Under the pieces are notes generated by a model. That model was not told the origin of the DNA and searched no databases. It was given only the letters and a program-made list of their open reading frames with translations. This document shows, piece by piece, positions 51,736-64,000 of a stretch of DNA of 64,000 nucleotides. Location: assembly GCA_030324005.1 (NCBI GenBank), contig JARDVH010000001.1:92254449-92318448 (forward strand). Reading direction: 5' to 3'. The DNA comes from Negaprion brevirostris (taxonomy: Eukaryota). The number at the start of each line of letters is the position of its first letter. The stretch's first letter is position 1. A program made the position numbers and the translations under genes.

Positions 51736-52989
51736 CTTTTGTTGCAACAGCTCATGGGAGAATTGTCAATGTATCAGCAGACGTTCTGTTGTCAGTCAAC
51801 CTCCTGAAGAAATTTCACATCAAGATCACATATATGAATAGTTAAACTGATTGTAGCAATTGTCCATATAACTGTGGAAAGGAGCTGTCAGGAAGCAGAC
51901 TGAGAATTTCTTCTACACGCCTTATGGATGACAGATTTTGATGAAGAATGAAAATACACCTTTGGAAAATGAAAAGGCAAAGTGCTACTGAAGCATTTTC
52001 CACCCCTCTCAGAAAGTAAACTTTGAAATCCCAGCAAACTGCCCAGCTAAAATGAAATGAATACCCAAGAAGGAACTCTGATAAAAAGGAGCCTGAACTT
52101 AGATGAAAAATCCTTCCCCAAAGGGGTTAAAAATATGTTGTGATTCTTCATTTTAAAAGGGCTTAGAAAAGAGATCTAACAGCGGAGCTTCTGTCAATTC
52201 AACATCCCTCACACTTGTACAGCACTGTTAATGTAGTAGAATGTCCCAAGACACTTCAGAGGTGTAATGAAAAAGGGATGGTGAGCCAAAAAAAGAGAGA
52301 TATTTAAAAAAAAGTGAGTGAAAACATGGTCAAAAATGCATTTTAAGAGGGTTTTTAAAGCATGATTTAAAGAAAGAAGGAAAGATTTCCAGACCATGGA
52401 CTAAAGCCCATGAATGAATGGCCTCAGTGATAGGGATGAGGTGGGTGGTGGGGAGAGTGTAGGGGGTGCAGGAGCTGCACTAGAGACTTGAGTCAGATGA
52501 ATGGAGAGGTCAGGCTGTGGCACCTTAAAAGGATTCACATGAAACTATGAAAATTTTAAAATTGAGATGTTGGGGTATCAGAAGCTAATGTAGATCAGTG
52601 AGAACGGTGAGGGGTGAGGAGGGAAGCAGGTATCAGCATTTTTTGACAGAATTCTACCGCCCTGCATGTTACAGAATCGGGGCAGGTGAGGGGTGGTAAA
52701 CAGAAATGTCTATTGACCTCGGGCAGGAATTTTCGGTCTCACAACCGTAAAACCCTGCCTTTAAAGTCTAGAGATGTCAAAGGCATCGATGGAGGTTTCA
52801 GCATCTATTGGGTTGAGGTAGTGATGAAGATAAGTGATGTTACTGAACTGGGAATAGACTGTTTTGTAAGAAGGCTGGATAGAAGCTCAGATCAGGGCTG
52901 GGATTCTCCAACCTCATCCGCTGCTGGAATTCTCTGGTCTTGCTGCTGTGAATGGAGAGTTGGCTAAACACCAAATTCTCTTTCACAAA

Positions 52990-53140
52990 ACTCTGCGGAT
53001 GCTGGAATCTGAAATAAAAACAGAAAATGTTGGAAAATCCCAGCAGGTCTGACAGCATCTGTGGGAAGAGAATAGAGCCTCTATTCTCTCCCCACAGATG
53101 CTGTCAGACCTGCTGAGATTTTCCAGCATTTTCTGGTTTT
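52990..53140. mobile_element. Collapsed palindrome of Penelope-like terminal repeat (family A)
   Basis: cagaaaatgttggaaaatcccagcaggtctgacagcatctgtgggaagagaatagag / ctctattctctcccacagatgctgtcagacctgctgagattttccagcattttctg. Confidence 0.85.
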
Positions 53141-54285
53141 TCTTCAAATTCTCTTTCTTGCCGGCAGCAATGGTGTATGACATAGGAGAATTCNNNNNNN
53201 NNNNNNNNNNNNNNNNNNNNNNNNNNNNNNNNNNNNNNNNNNNNNNNNNNNNNNNNNCACCTCACCTTTTACATCACCATTGGCAACTTTTTTCCCTCAA
53301 CCATCCTGGCACCATATTCAGGAAAGTTTTCTCAAACCTTTATTTCTCTCCATGCTGCTCGTATCCTTCAAGATCATGCTTAAAATCTATCTCCATGGCC
53401 AAGCTTTGATCACCCTTTCTGATATTTCCTTTGCCTCTCTGTTGACTGCACCGCTATGTGAAATGCCTTGGGCAGTTTATCTACACTTGGAGCACTATAC
53501 AAATGCAAGGTATTGCAACTATTCCAAAACAGTTCCCTTCGCAGGCACCTTCAAGATTCTGACAAAACCAAGTCATCTGGGAGCAGATAATTCACACAGT
53601 TTCTCAAACAACAAACGACGCATGGTTTTGTTGCTACCCAAAGTATTTTCCTGCCTTTGGGACACAGCCTTAATTTTATTCATCTCAGCATTCAGTGGAT
53701 TAGTTTATGATTAGAGCACACAAGATTATTTTCTTCTGGTATAAGTGATAGTGATAGCTTCCAAAGTGCCAGATGAAATAAACCTCACTTCCTTCACCAA
53801 GCGAACTGCAACAGTGAAGGTCAGATGATGTTGCGATCAGTATTTCTCACCTAGCTTTAGGCATTTGCTCTATTCCCTTTCCAGGTAACATGAACAAAAA
53901 TAATTTTGTTGAAGCAATAATGTATGAAATGCAGCAACAAATGTTTAACTCCACTAGAACTGGAATTAATCATGTGCTATTACCCTCAATAAATGGTGAC
54001 CTTAGACCAGAAGTGAGAGTTAAACCGAAGAACAATAAAAAGAACTCTGATGCATGGCAACTGCATAGCTGACACAAGGAAACATGGGCTTAATGATTCA
54101 GCTACTTGGATTAAAAGCTTTCATGCAAAGCTCTTAGTAGGGGCAGATTCAACTACTGGAAGAGGAGGAAGAGGACTACATTGCTGTCTATTGTGAGATT
54201 CATCCGGATCACTACTGCATGCAACACTCCACTAGATCCTAAGGGAAATCCACAGCTGGTCAGTTCTGCTGCAAGACAAACCTAC

Positions 54286-54309
54286 CTGGAATGAAATATT
54301 GTTCTTTCG
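54286..54309 (-). CDS. slit2: Slit2 24-nt micro-exon (exon 15 equivalent, AKEQYFIP; alternatively spliced in mammals)
   Basis: ttatag|CG AAA GAA CAA TAT TTC ATT CCA G|gtaggt; phase 1/1; encodes (A)KEQYFIP exactly as in human SLIT2. Confidence 0.95.
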
Positions 54310-54324
54310 CTATAAACATAAAAA

Positions 54325-54341
54325 AGAGAGAGAGAGAGAGA
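54325..54341. repeat. (GA)n microsatellite forming the (CU)n polypyrimidine tract of the micro-exon acceptor
   Basis: agagagagagagagaga about 15-32 nt upstream (sense) of exon 54286-54309. Confidence 0.85.
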
Positions 54342-54645
54342 AAAGACAGAAGAGATGCACCTGAATGTTAGCAGCTGAAGGAAAAAGAAACAGTTTATTT
54401 CATTTTCACAGGTTGCAACTTGTCAACAGTAAAAAAAATGGCAAAAGCAAACAGCACAAGACTGCTGCAGTTATCACCAAATCAAAAATAAGAGTTAAAA
54501 GCTTCCAAGAGCTTTAATAATTCACAGCACAACAGATGAATTTTCAGAATCCATAAGAAAGTAGCTCCCAGCCAAGAGAGTGTAATTAATATTACAATAT
54601 ATATATATTTATAAATAAACTGTAAAATTCCAATAATCCAATTAC

Positions 54646-54809
54646 CTGAGCAGCGGAACTTCTTGCTCTTGATCTGTCCGATCCTCTTGTTTGCAAGCCG
54701 ACGAGGACTAGTGCAGCGGGCACCGCTGGTTTCAATGGGGTTTGCATGGAGATAATCCGCAAGCCATTTCAGATGGCAATCACAAATAAATGGGTTCTGA
54801 GCCAAATGC
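54646..54809 (-). CDS. slit2: Slit2 exon 14 equivalent, 164 nt, LRRCT of D2
   Basis: aaaag|G CAT TTG GCT...TGC TCA G|gtaatt; [54 protein letters not shown]. Confidence 0.98.
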
Positions 54810-56019
54810 CTTTTATGAAGATTAACAACAAAAAAAGGAAAAAAAAATTAAACAAAAAAAGTATTGATTCTGTCAGAAGAATATCCAGAAGCGCAAAGAG
54901 CTCTTCAAAGGAAGAGGTAGAGTAGCTAATGGTTCCAATTGTTAGTTGCAGCTGTAATGCATTTACTGGGACCCTGATACATTAAGAATTTACAATGTGT
55001 GACTTAGCATTCAATACAGTGACTGCTAGCCCTGCATCAAATTCAAAACTGCTTATTACCTGAGTGGATGAGATATGGTAGAGCTGCAATGCTTCCTACT
55101 GAATTATTTAAGGCAGACTGGAGCTGTGAAGGCGTACATTGCTTTCATTACCAGAGATGTAATAGCTGCATTATTCATGTATAACTTGTATTATTAACTA
55201 TGGAAATAATTTTTGAAAATAGAAATTATAAGCAACATTATGAAGCAAGTGGTTACCTGGGGAAGGGGTAGTTTAAAATTATGAAGTGGAGAAAACACAA
55301 ACAATAGCTATTGAGGTTTATGTGACTAGTAAAATAGATAGGCTTTTCTGTAGTTGCATTGAGGGATCCAGACTGCCTCCTTTGTGCTAGGGAAAGGACA
55401 TCAAAATGTAGGTGCAAAAGGTTCTGGAAAGACAGCGTGACCAGCGAAAAGTTCCAGTTCAAGTAGGATCCATTGGCATAGGGAATGGCAGGATGGAGAT
55501 TTGCAAAGAGAGCTAAAGGGGTTAGGGGATGTTTTAACAGGCAGTATGTTAAATATAATAATAAAATGATTAAGGCATGAATTTGATCAGATTAAAACAT
55601 AAAGACATAACAGCTGGTGTAAAAGGGAGGGATGAACATTTCTGAGACTTTGATGTCAAATCTCATTGCAGAGGCAAGCTGTACAAATGGGACAAGCTTC
55701 ACCTAAACTATGTTCTCAGAGACGTCAAATGGAGAACTCGGGGATGATCTAAGCCAGTGACTCTCTCAGAAGAGCAACTTACCCANNNNNNCCAGCCCTC
55801 CTAATCCCCGTACATTTATCATGGCTAATATAATCCACCTAACCTACATATCTTGGATACTAAGGGACAATTTAGCATGGCCAATCCACCTAACTTGCAC
55901 ATCTTTGGACTGAAATGTAGGGAAATGTTGAGGTTCTAAATATTGAAATAACAGATTTAACAACCACAATAACAATACAACTTAAATAAAGTGTGCCAAA
56001 GGGCTGAACGAGAACAATA

Positions 56020-57540
56020 CTAATAAGAAACAGTGAGCCATATAAGGCCATTCAGCCTATTGTGTCTACACTGAATGAGCCATTCTCCTGCTTCTTCCCT
56101 GTAACCGTGCACATTTTCCTTTCCAGACAACAATCCAATTCCTTTTTGCATGCCTTGATTGAACCTGCCTGCACCACACTCTCTGGGGGTGCATTTCAAG
56201 TCTGAACCACTGATTGCATGAAAAAGTACCATCGTATCACTTTTGATTTTTGCAAATTATGTCAAATCTGTGCTCCCTCATTCTTGATCCTTTCACAAAT
56301 AAGAACAGCTTCTTCCTGTCCACTCTGCCTAGATCCGTGATGATTGTCATCACCACTATCAGAAATTAGCTCAGGATTCTTGTCTCTAAGGGAAACAGTT
56401 CCAACTTTGCCAGTCTGCTTTCTTAACTGAAGTTCCTCATCCCTGGAACCATTCTCATGAATCTTTTCTGCACTCTCTCCAATGACTTCACATTATTCCT
56501 AAGGTGTGATGCTACTAATCACAATATTTTAGCTGAGGCTGAACTAGTGCCTGATACAATTATAACGTAACATAATTGATTTTGTACACAATGCTCCTAT
56601 CAATAAAGCTTAGGTTACGGTATACTTTATCAACTGCTCTCTTAACATGTCCTGGCATCCTCAATGATTAATGCACCCAGGTTCCTCTGCTCCTACATCC
56701 CCATCGTAATTGTACCCTTTATGTTATATTGTCTCTTCATGATTTTCATATTTTGCTGCTTTGAATGTCATCTGTATCTGCCTGCCCATTCCACTCCCTT
56801 GTCTATATCCTTTTGAAGTCCTACACTATCCTCCTCACAATTCACAATCTTACAAGTTTCATATCACCCACAATTTCACATCACCCTCAATCGAGCCCTG
56901 TACCCCAAGATCTAGATCATCAATATATCAGGAAAATCAAGGGTCACAACACCTGGGGATCTTCACTACAAACCATCCTCCAGATCAAAATACAACCATT
57001 GACAACTATTCTCTGCTTGGTCACTCTGCCAATTTGATACCCATATTGCTGCTGTCTTTTTTATTCCATGTTTCATTCTAATTTTATTCACAAGCCTACT
57101 TGAAGCACTGTATCAAATGCATTTTGGAAGTCCATGTACACCACATCAACAGCATTGCCTCAATCAATCCTCTCTAATACCTCTGCAAAAAAACTCCAGT
57201 GAATTAAACATGATTTTCCCTTAAGAAATCCACTCTGCCTATCCTTAATTAACCTACATTTGTCCATATATCAATTAATTTTGCCCTGAGTTACTGTTTC
57301 TAGAAGTTTCCCCACCTCCAAAAGTAAACTGACTGGCTTGATAGTCATTGGGCTTATCTTTACACCATTTTTTTGAACAAGGGTGTAACATTTGCAATTC
57401 CTCAGCCCTCTAGCATCACCCATGAAGCTATGGAAGACTGAAGTATTATGGCCAGTGCCTTCATAATTTCCACTCTCACTTCCCTCAGTATTCTTGGATG
57501 AGTCTCATCTGGTCTTGATGCCGTACCAGCTTTAAGTACA
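56020..57540 (-). mobile_element. CR1 LINE ORF2 (RT) relic, about 1.5 kb, with 3' end
   Basis: Minus ORF ...RPDETHPRILREVRVEIMKALAIILQSSIASWVMLEG matches the CR1 pre-RT motif PGPDGxHPRxLRE; CR1 3' tail near 56020-56110; many stops. Confidence 0.9.
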
Positions 57541-57764
57541 GACAGACAGGAGAAAAATAGTTCACAGGACCAAGGCAATTGAAAACATGCCAATGTTCAA
57601 ACAATTAAAATTCCCACCAGGACACAGTGTATATCTCAGACAAAACCAAGAAACGGGAGAAAATCATGTACTTTTTTTAAACTGTAAAAGTATTGTAATT
57701 TATTTCATGCATTATTTTTACATTCCCACAAGATAGAAGCTTCCCATTCAGTCGGAATACATAC

Positions 57765-57908
57765 AAAGTCTGGATGGCACGCAGAGGAGCAAAAGTGCCT
57801 TTGGCAATGGTCTGTAGCTTGTTGTCATAAAGAGAGAGAAGGTTTAAATTATGGAGGTCCTGAAAAGCATCCACTCGCAGGCAGTTAATCTTATTGGCAT
57901 TCAGCAAC
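57765..57908 (-). CDS. slit2: Slit2 coding exon (human exon 13 equivalent), 144 nt, LRR domain D2
   Basis: ttgacag|G...ACT TT|gtatgt; translates [47 protein letters not shown](L), nearly identical to vertebrate SLIT2. Confidence 0.98.
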
Positions 57909-60184
57909 CTGTCAAACAAAAAAATGAACATTGCATAAAATACATAAGCACCTTCTGCATAAAATGTGAACAATTCTAATCAGAACAACATTCACAACAC
58001 CTGTTTCCAACAGATTTCAAACAGCTGGAAGGGAAAGTCATTCTTTCACATGTGTAAGTGTTTTATGATACAATTTAACTTTTATTTCCTGTTATTTCGA
58101 TGTCTTAATGTTTGCATTCTTAAACCCTGACTTTGTTCCACCTTAATTTTTTTACATGTAAGCTGTCAGCATCAGTGAACTGTCATGGGTGATATTTAGG
58201 ATCAGTAAAAGGTGGTCGGATAACAAACTCATTAATCACTCAAGGGTGGATTTCAACCATGCAATAGCAAAAGTCACAAGATAGTGAATCAGCTGCCTAT
58301 ATAGTATCTTTCCTGTTGATTCAATGGAAATAAGAAACCGTCTGTCAACTTGTTATCACCCTTCTAACACTTTCGAATAGAGTCAAATTGACCCTCAACA
58401 AGTGTTCACTTTCTAGAGTGTGTCACATTAAAATAAATAACACTTTGAGTTAACTTCAAACTAATCCGACATCAGGAAACTGACAAGAACAAATGGATTG
58501 CTGGTTTCCACTGACTTCAATGGATAGTAAGGTCAGATCGGATGGAAGACTGGCATTGTATCCAACCTCATCAGCTTCCTGATGGGTCTTTGCAACAAAA
58601 GACTTGATCTGAATTGATTCCTTCTCAATGATCATTGACACTGTACCTTTATGCCTGGCCAACAGGTTATGGTTCATGTTCTCACACAGAAAAGCACAAT
58701 CAAAACCTACTCTAAGCACCTTTCAAAAACCATGCAAACTTTGTCAAGGAAAAGCAAGTGTCAGGCCCAGTGTTTCAATCTATGTTGCTGTTTTGGGGCT
58801 AGCTTCGATGGTCCTTCCTGGCACTTTTCCAGTCTTCTGATCCAAATCGTACAAAAGCAAATATATCTTTATAGACTCAGGAACAATACAACTTATACAG
58901 AGAGCTGTGCCTCCTGAACAGTTATTTTTAAAAATAAGTCCATTGGAGATTTCAAGGGAGAACCTGAAGCATAAAACTAAAAGGTGCAGATAAACTCCTC
59001 TGATTTTTCATACTGACATAAATCATGGCAATATTCTGCTTCCTCTTTTATTCTCTTTCACATTGTATAGGAGCCCCTAAGCTGCTTATGCAGATAAAAC
59101 CAATTAAAACTCAACATTCATTCATTCTTAGGCTAATCCCAAACAATATTTTCAATAATCAAAGTTTAATTAATGCAACATGAAAAGGTTAATACAAGAC
59201 TAAAGTATGCAAATTACCAATTACATAAATTCTATTTATTCACATATTGCTTCTTCCTATAATATTCCAAGGCTGACAGTTATTTCAGAACTCTAGCGCA
59301 CAAAATCTCAGTGCAAAATTCCAATTGATCACCAAAAGATTCTATGCAAAGGACTGGATATATTTTGCTGTTCCCACCTCTGGTGTTTTTTGAATGAGGC
59401 TGCTACAGGGAGTGGTGACATCTAACTGATCACCAGAGGTGGGTAACCAATGATGCCTATTAAAGTCACTCTCTAGATGCTGTGTAGAATTTTCCAGATG
59501 GTAGGTGGGCCCTCCTCAGTAAGGCTGAATCCTGGCCGATGGATGGAGATGGTTCTCTAGGCTGGCGGTCCAGCGAATTCTCTGTTAAATCCAGCCCATT
59601 CACCTACTTCCCTCCATCCCCCAACCATGAATGAGAGACAGAGGCAGAGCTGAGATCATGAGCCATCCTGTAGAGGGATCTCCCCTTCATAATGATGATC
59701 TGGCAACTATGGTCATTGTTAATTTTTAAATAGTACAAATGTCTTCAGGGGGCACCCCCAGCTTGAGGTGCTCTCTTGTTCCTCAACCTTCATCAGCAGG
59801 GACCACTTCTGATGTTGGGGCTGCTGATCTTCCAGGGCTGACAGCTTCACATTAATCCTCCTGACTTAGGAGCCCAGCCGCTGTCCTGAATAAATGACGA
59901 GGGTACCTGAAGCGACACTTTTTTGGCCACCTCCTCCAATCTCTCCCTTTGGGTCTCCAAACTGTAGATTCCTGGCTCACATTTCATCCAGACAGCATGT
60001 TTAGGACCTGGGAATGAATATCCAACCCACCATCTTTGAAAACATACTGTATCCAGAAAGATTTGGAAATCAGATATTTCCTAACACTTGTCGGTGGGAG
60101 TCTAATTTGCTTCATTTTTGCCCCATTCTGTGTGAGAACTAAGATTGCTATTCTTAGAATGCAAATGAAAAACTTTAGAAAGAT

Positions 60185-60525
60185 GTCTTACAACACCAGG
60201 TTAAAGTCCAACAGGTTTATTTGGTATCATGAGCTTTCAGAGNNNNNNNNNNNNNNNNNNNNNNNNNNNNNNNNNNNNNNNNNNNNNNNNNNNNNNNNNN
60301 NNNNNNNNNNNNNNNNNNNNNNNNNNNNNNNNNNNNNNNNNNTAAAGTCCAACAGGTTTATTTGGTATCATGAGCTTTCAGAGTGCTGCTCTTTCATCAG
60401 GTGGCTCCTGATCAAGGAACAGCACTCCGAAAGCTCGTGATACCAGATAAACCTGTTGGACTTTAACCTGCTGTTGTGAGACTTCTTGCTGTGACCACTC
60501 CAGTCCAATGCCGACATTTCCACAT
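60185..60525. mobile_element. Back-to-back inverted Penelope-like terminal repeats (family B), each with a hammerhead motif
   Basis: 60343-60400 pairs with 60408-60465; minus strand cac-CTGATGA-a-AGAG-cagca-CTCT-GAAA-gctc-atg; plus strand CTGATCA-a-ggaac-agc-actcc-GAAA-gctc-gtg. Confidence 0.8.
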
Positions 60526-63500
60526 TAGAAATATTTCAGTACATGAATTCACTTTCAAACGACTGACCTTAAGTTTCTTTTCGGTCGTACTTTCTGGTGG
60601 ATTGGGCTGTTACTCATAATCATCAGCTAACCCAAGTTCATCACAGATGATATCTGATGAATGTACTGTCACCAGAAATTTTTGCTTAATCTAATTCCAC
60701 ATTCTTACCTGTGATAGAACTTCCAGTAGTTGGAATGCCAGTGACAAACAGTAGCCAAACCACAAATGTCTCACTGCGCACAACACATTCCACGACAATG
60801 ATTTTGGACAGATGTCTGATATTGAGTGTGCTCAGGCTCTACCTCAGAAACAAAAATAAAACAGCAGAATCTGCTTGCAATACCAGTCAACTCAAGGCTG
60901 ACACAATCTTCAGTGTCGGGAAGGTTTGTTCAGCACGTCTTCGAAGGTAAAGATCCTACTAGTATAACAACACCACCACATAAATTTCTTCACAACAAAT
61001 CCTTGGTACACAACTCCTGAGGCAATTAAAATTATCAGCTCAAGTGCTGCATTGTTTGAGAGGTGTTTTGTTGGTGTGACAGTCCATTGGGCCCTAAATT
61101 TCACTCATATGGTGAACAGGCAGAGTTGTGAAAATTCTTGGCTTGGCACATCAGCCTTTAGAGAAACAGTCCCAAGTGGCTGGATTTTCATTTTAGGGAG
61201 AACGACTGTGTGCTGGAGGCAGGCCTGCTGCCCCTAAAAACAGTGCCATCTGTTAAACAGTGCTCTGTCACAGTTGTAATAAAAGTAGTTAGGTTACCTG
61301 GCTCTCACCCATTTCCCATGCCCCATCCATACCAATTCTTGGTCCTTTACCCACCCATGGCACATCATACCCTCTTTGCCAATATTTGCCCTTTATACAC
61401 TTTCCCATGACCCCTTCACCCTTCCTGCCAACATATGCCCTTCTGCCTACCTTTCATTCTAATCTACATTCCTCTACCCAACCTCTCGGCCCTTTAATAA
61501 TCCCTATGCCAACAAAGTGCCAATTTATGCCAAAACACCCCCATCAACCTACCCTTTGCCCTTACATCCTCCTTGCCAACTTCCCCAGTATTCACCATGA
61601 GCAGAAATTAGGAGCCATGCTGAGATGGAACCAAGTTCTCAGTATCTATTACAGATTTAATTATATTAAAAAACACTCATTGATAAAAGCTCATTCACAC
61701 ATTTAAATACCTTTGAATGCTTAATCCCTTAGAAAATCAAGGCTAGAATTCTCTGGCTGGTCACGCCTTGTTGCCATTGCCAGCGAGAACAGAAAATGTG
61801 GCGCTCATCCAACTCTCCATCCACTGCAGGAGAACCAGAGAATTCCTATTGCAGGTGAGGTAGGAGGATCTGGCCCCAAATGTTTGTATTCAAAGCCCCA
61901 CAGGCATCTAATCACTGACAATCGCTTGGAGTTATTAATTAAACTGTGAATTTATAGCCCCCACTGTGATAATAATAGGTTGTGGAAGCAAACAAGCAGA
62001 ATTAATATCATAATGATGGCCCTCAGATGAATATAAACTGCTATTAAAATGGCAAGAACCATTTGTTTTTCAGTTCAGAGACATAGAATGCCAATTTCTT
62101 GTTCAAAATTTATAGAGCAGGTGATTTAAATAACTTAGCAATTTGACAGTTCCACACACTTTATCCACCCTTTCGTGCACATTCATGTCTACCCTTAACA
62201 TTTTTTTTAAGTCATACAAAATCAAACAGATCTCACCACAACAAAAATGAGGTCCATTTGAACTCTGCACTGAGTTCAAACTGCCTTGTTGGGTTTGGGT
62301 TTCTCATGTGTGTGAATCATGTACCACTCACTTTACACTACTGATAAAAATAGGATCCATCAGAAATGGGTGTGGGACTTTGTGATGTGAGGTCCCAGCA
62401 CCATTTTGGCTAAGGCATGGAGTCTCCCCAGCTCTTTAAAAAAAGTCAAGCCTTGGTTTTATAGTAGTTTTAGACATTAGAACCTGGATTTTTGCAACGC
62501 TAGGGAGCCTCACAGTCATTGTAAAATCGGCAGAAGAGATCGAAGTCTGAAATCTCACCCCCAAGCATGACATTTATCATTTTTGCAGGCAGGAATGGGA
62601 GTGGGATGTGTTTTATGCATGTGCATTTTACAGAGGGAACTGCACATAAAAATCAAAATCTGTCTCCACTCATGTCTGAATTTTGTGACTTAGATATGTT
62701 AGAAGCAGGTCTGAATTTGGCTGAGGTGGACTACTCATTTGGAGAGGTCGGGTTGCCCTTTGGATATGGTACCAGGGCATTTTTAGGAGAGGAAAGCTGC
62801 CTTTTTGGAGAAGTAAAATGACCTTCAGGAGAGGTACATTAACCTTTGGGATTGTTAAAAGTGGATGTGAGCATTTGTAACAAAAGTAGATGAATGCATT
62901 GGAAACATCACAAAATCTATCAAGCGAAACTACTTAAAGTGTCTAAAGCAACTTCCAAGCTGAGTCATTTAAAAAAAACCTGCCCTTTAAATCTTTGTAA
63001 AAACTGTGAGGAGCATTGATAATAATCACTGCTTGTTATTCACTCTGTTGAGATAATCTTGAGGGCTGCCAGTACTGGATTTATACTGCATAACTGACTT
63101 CACAGTCTTTCATTATAATATTGGGGTGCCTTCCATTTCAGTTTGAGTTGCAGCTCCAAATGGTTATAAAATCTTAGAAGGGGACTCTTTCTCAATGCTT
63201 GCTTTTCTACAGGATTAAGGACTTCATTGAAATGTTTTCCATTATAAGGGATCATGTAGCTGAAGAAATGTGAATGGATTTTTACGAATGAGTGTTTTTT
63301 TTAAATCAAGTCTGCAATAGACATTGGAACTACTATATTTTATTTCAGCATGGCTCCTGAGGACTACCCATGATGAATATTGGAAGAGTTGGNNNNNNNN
63401 NNNNNNATGATGGGTGGGGGCATAGCTTGGCAAGAATTGGTTATAAATTGGGTGGAAAGCATTGGCATGGACGTAATGAGAGGCCTTGGGGTGGATAGAG

Positions 63501-63665
63501 AAAATTAGTTGGCATGGATGGGGCAGGAGACTGTGGGACATGAGGGGATGTAAGAAGTGAGAGAAGGGGGGGCTGCTTTTTCTTTTAATGTTTTGAAAAG
63601 CTTTCACAAATTGTTGGTACAATGAGCAGACTTTCTGAGCAGTCTGCCTCCACACCTGGCAGCAT

Positions 63666-63736
63666 TCTAGGGGAATTTCACAGTAACTTCATTGCAGTGT
63701 TAAAATAAGACTTACTTGTGACTAATAAATAAACTT
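63666..63736 (+). mobile_element. Isolated V-SINE-type tail
   Basis: ctaggggaatttcacagtaacttcattgcagtgttaa...acttgtgactaataaataaac, same as the tail of 27226-27512. Confidence 0.8.
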
Positions 63737-64000
63737 TGCTTTACTTTATTCTCATTCATTCCAGGGTCACCTGTCCTGACTCCCAGTGAACCCAGTCACC
63801 CTGGAATGAAACTCCTAACTTCTGGGCACTTTCTTCCAGGTTGGATTTGTGGAGCTAGATTAAGTATTCCTGAGCTGTTAATGAAAATTCTGTTCTTCAC
63901 ACCCCATATTAACGCTAAGTGGTTAGGTTTTGAATACATTAAAACTTCAACCTAGAGAGCACAAGTCACTTTTGTTAGCCCACAGTCTGGGTCCAAAATG

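Noticed and set aside
3805-57908. slit2 as a pseudogene, or as slit1/slit3
   Set aside because: 14 exons are intact with canonical splice sites; AKEQYFIP plus [21 protein letters not shown] and the miR-218-1-type flanks match SLIT2; the single stop abuts a gap
60185-60400. Tandem duplication of the Penelope-type arm (would create a hammerhead dimer)
   Set aside because: The two identical copies flank a 100-N gap, so unmerged overlap is likely; only long reads could rescue it
57909-64000. Slit2 exon 12 (VLYGNKITELPK...)
   Set aside because: Not found by eye; probably lies beyond the window end, so no call made

Overview
Eukaryotic (vertebrate) genomic DNA from a gappy draft assembly. The repeat content (HE1-type V-SINEs, SacSINE1/Deu-type SINEs, CR1/L2 LINE relics, Penelope-like elements) points to a shark or other elasmobranch (inference). 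The whole window lies inside a slit2 gene on the minus strand. I resolved 15 coding exons with GT-AG boundaries, equivalent to human SLIT2 exons 13-22 and 24-28 (end of LRR domain D2, D3, D4, EGF1-2), including the 24-nt AKEQYFIP micro-exon. The intronic miR-218-1 hairpin lies between exons 15 and 16. Exon 23 is not visible and probably lies in an N-gap. Exon 26 carries an in-frame TAA beside a 10-N gap, probably an error. Almost all ORF-track entries are intronic noise or N-runs. I found no clearly new biological system. The best leads are: minimal hammerhead-ribozyme motifs in inverted Penelope-like repeats, one with an intact core on the slit2 sense strand; a frame-preserving 78-nt candidate cassette exon; a nested multi-stem element at about 24.1-24.4 kb; and the splicing-regulatory context of the micro-exon. 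Gene, miRNA and repeat names come from recalled sequences, not database searches.
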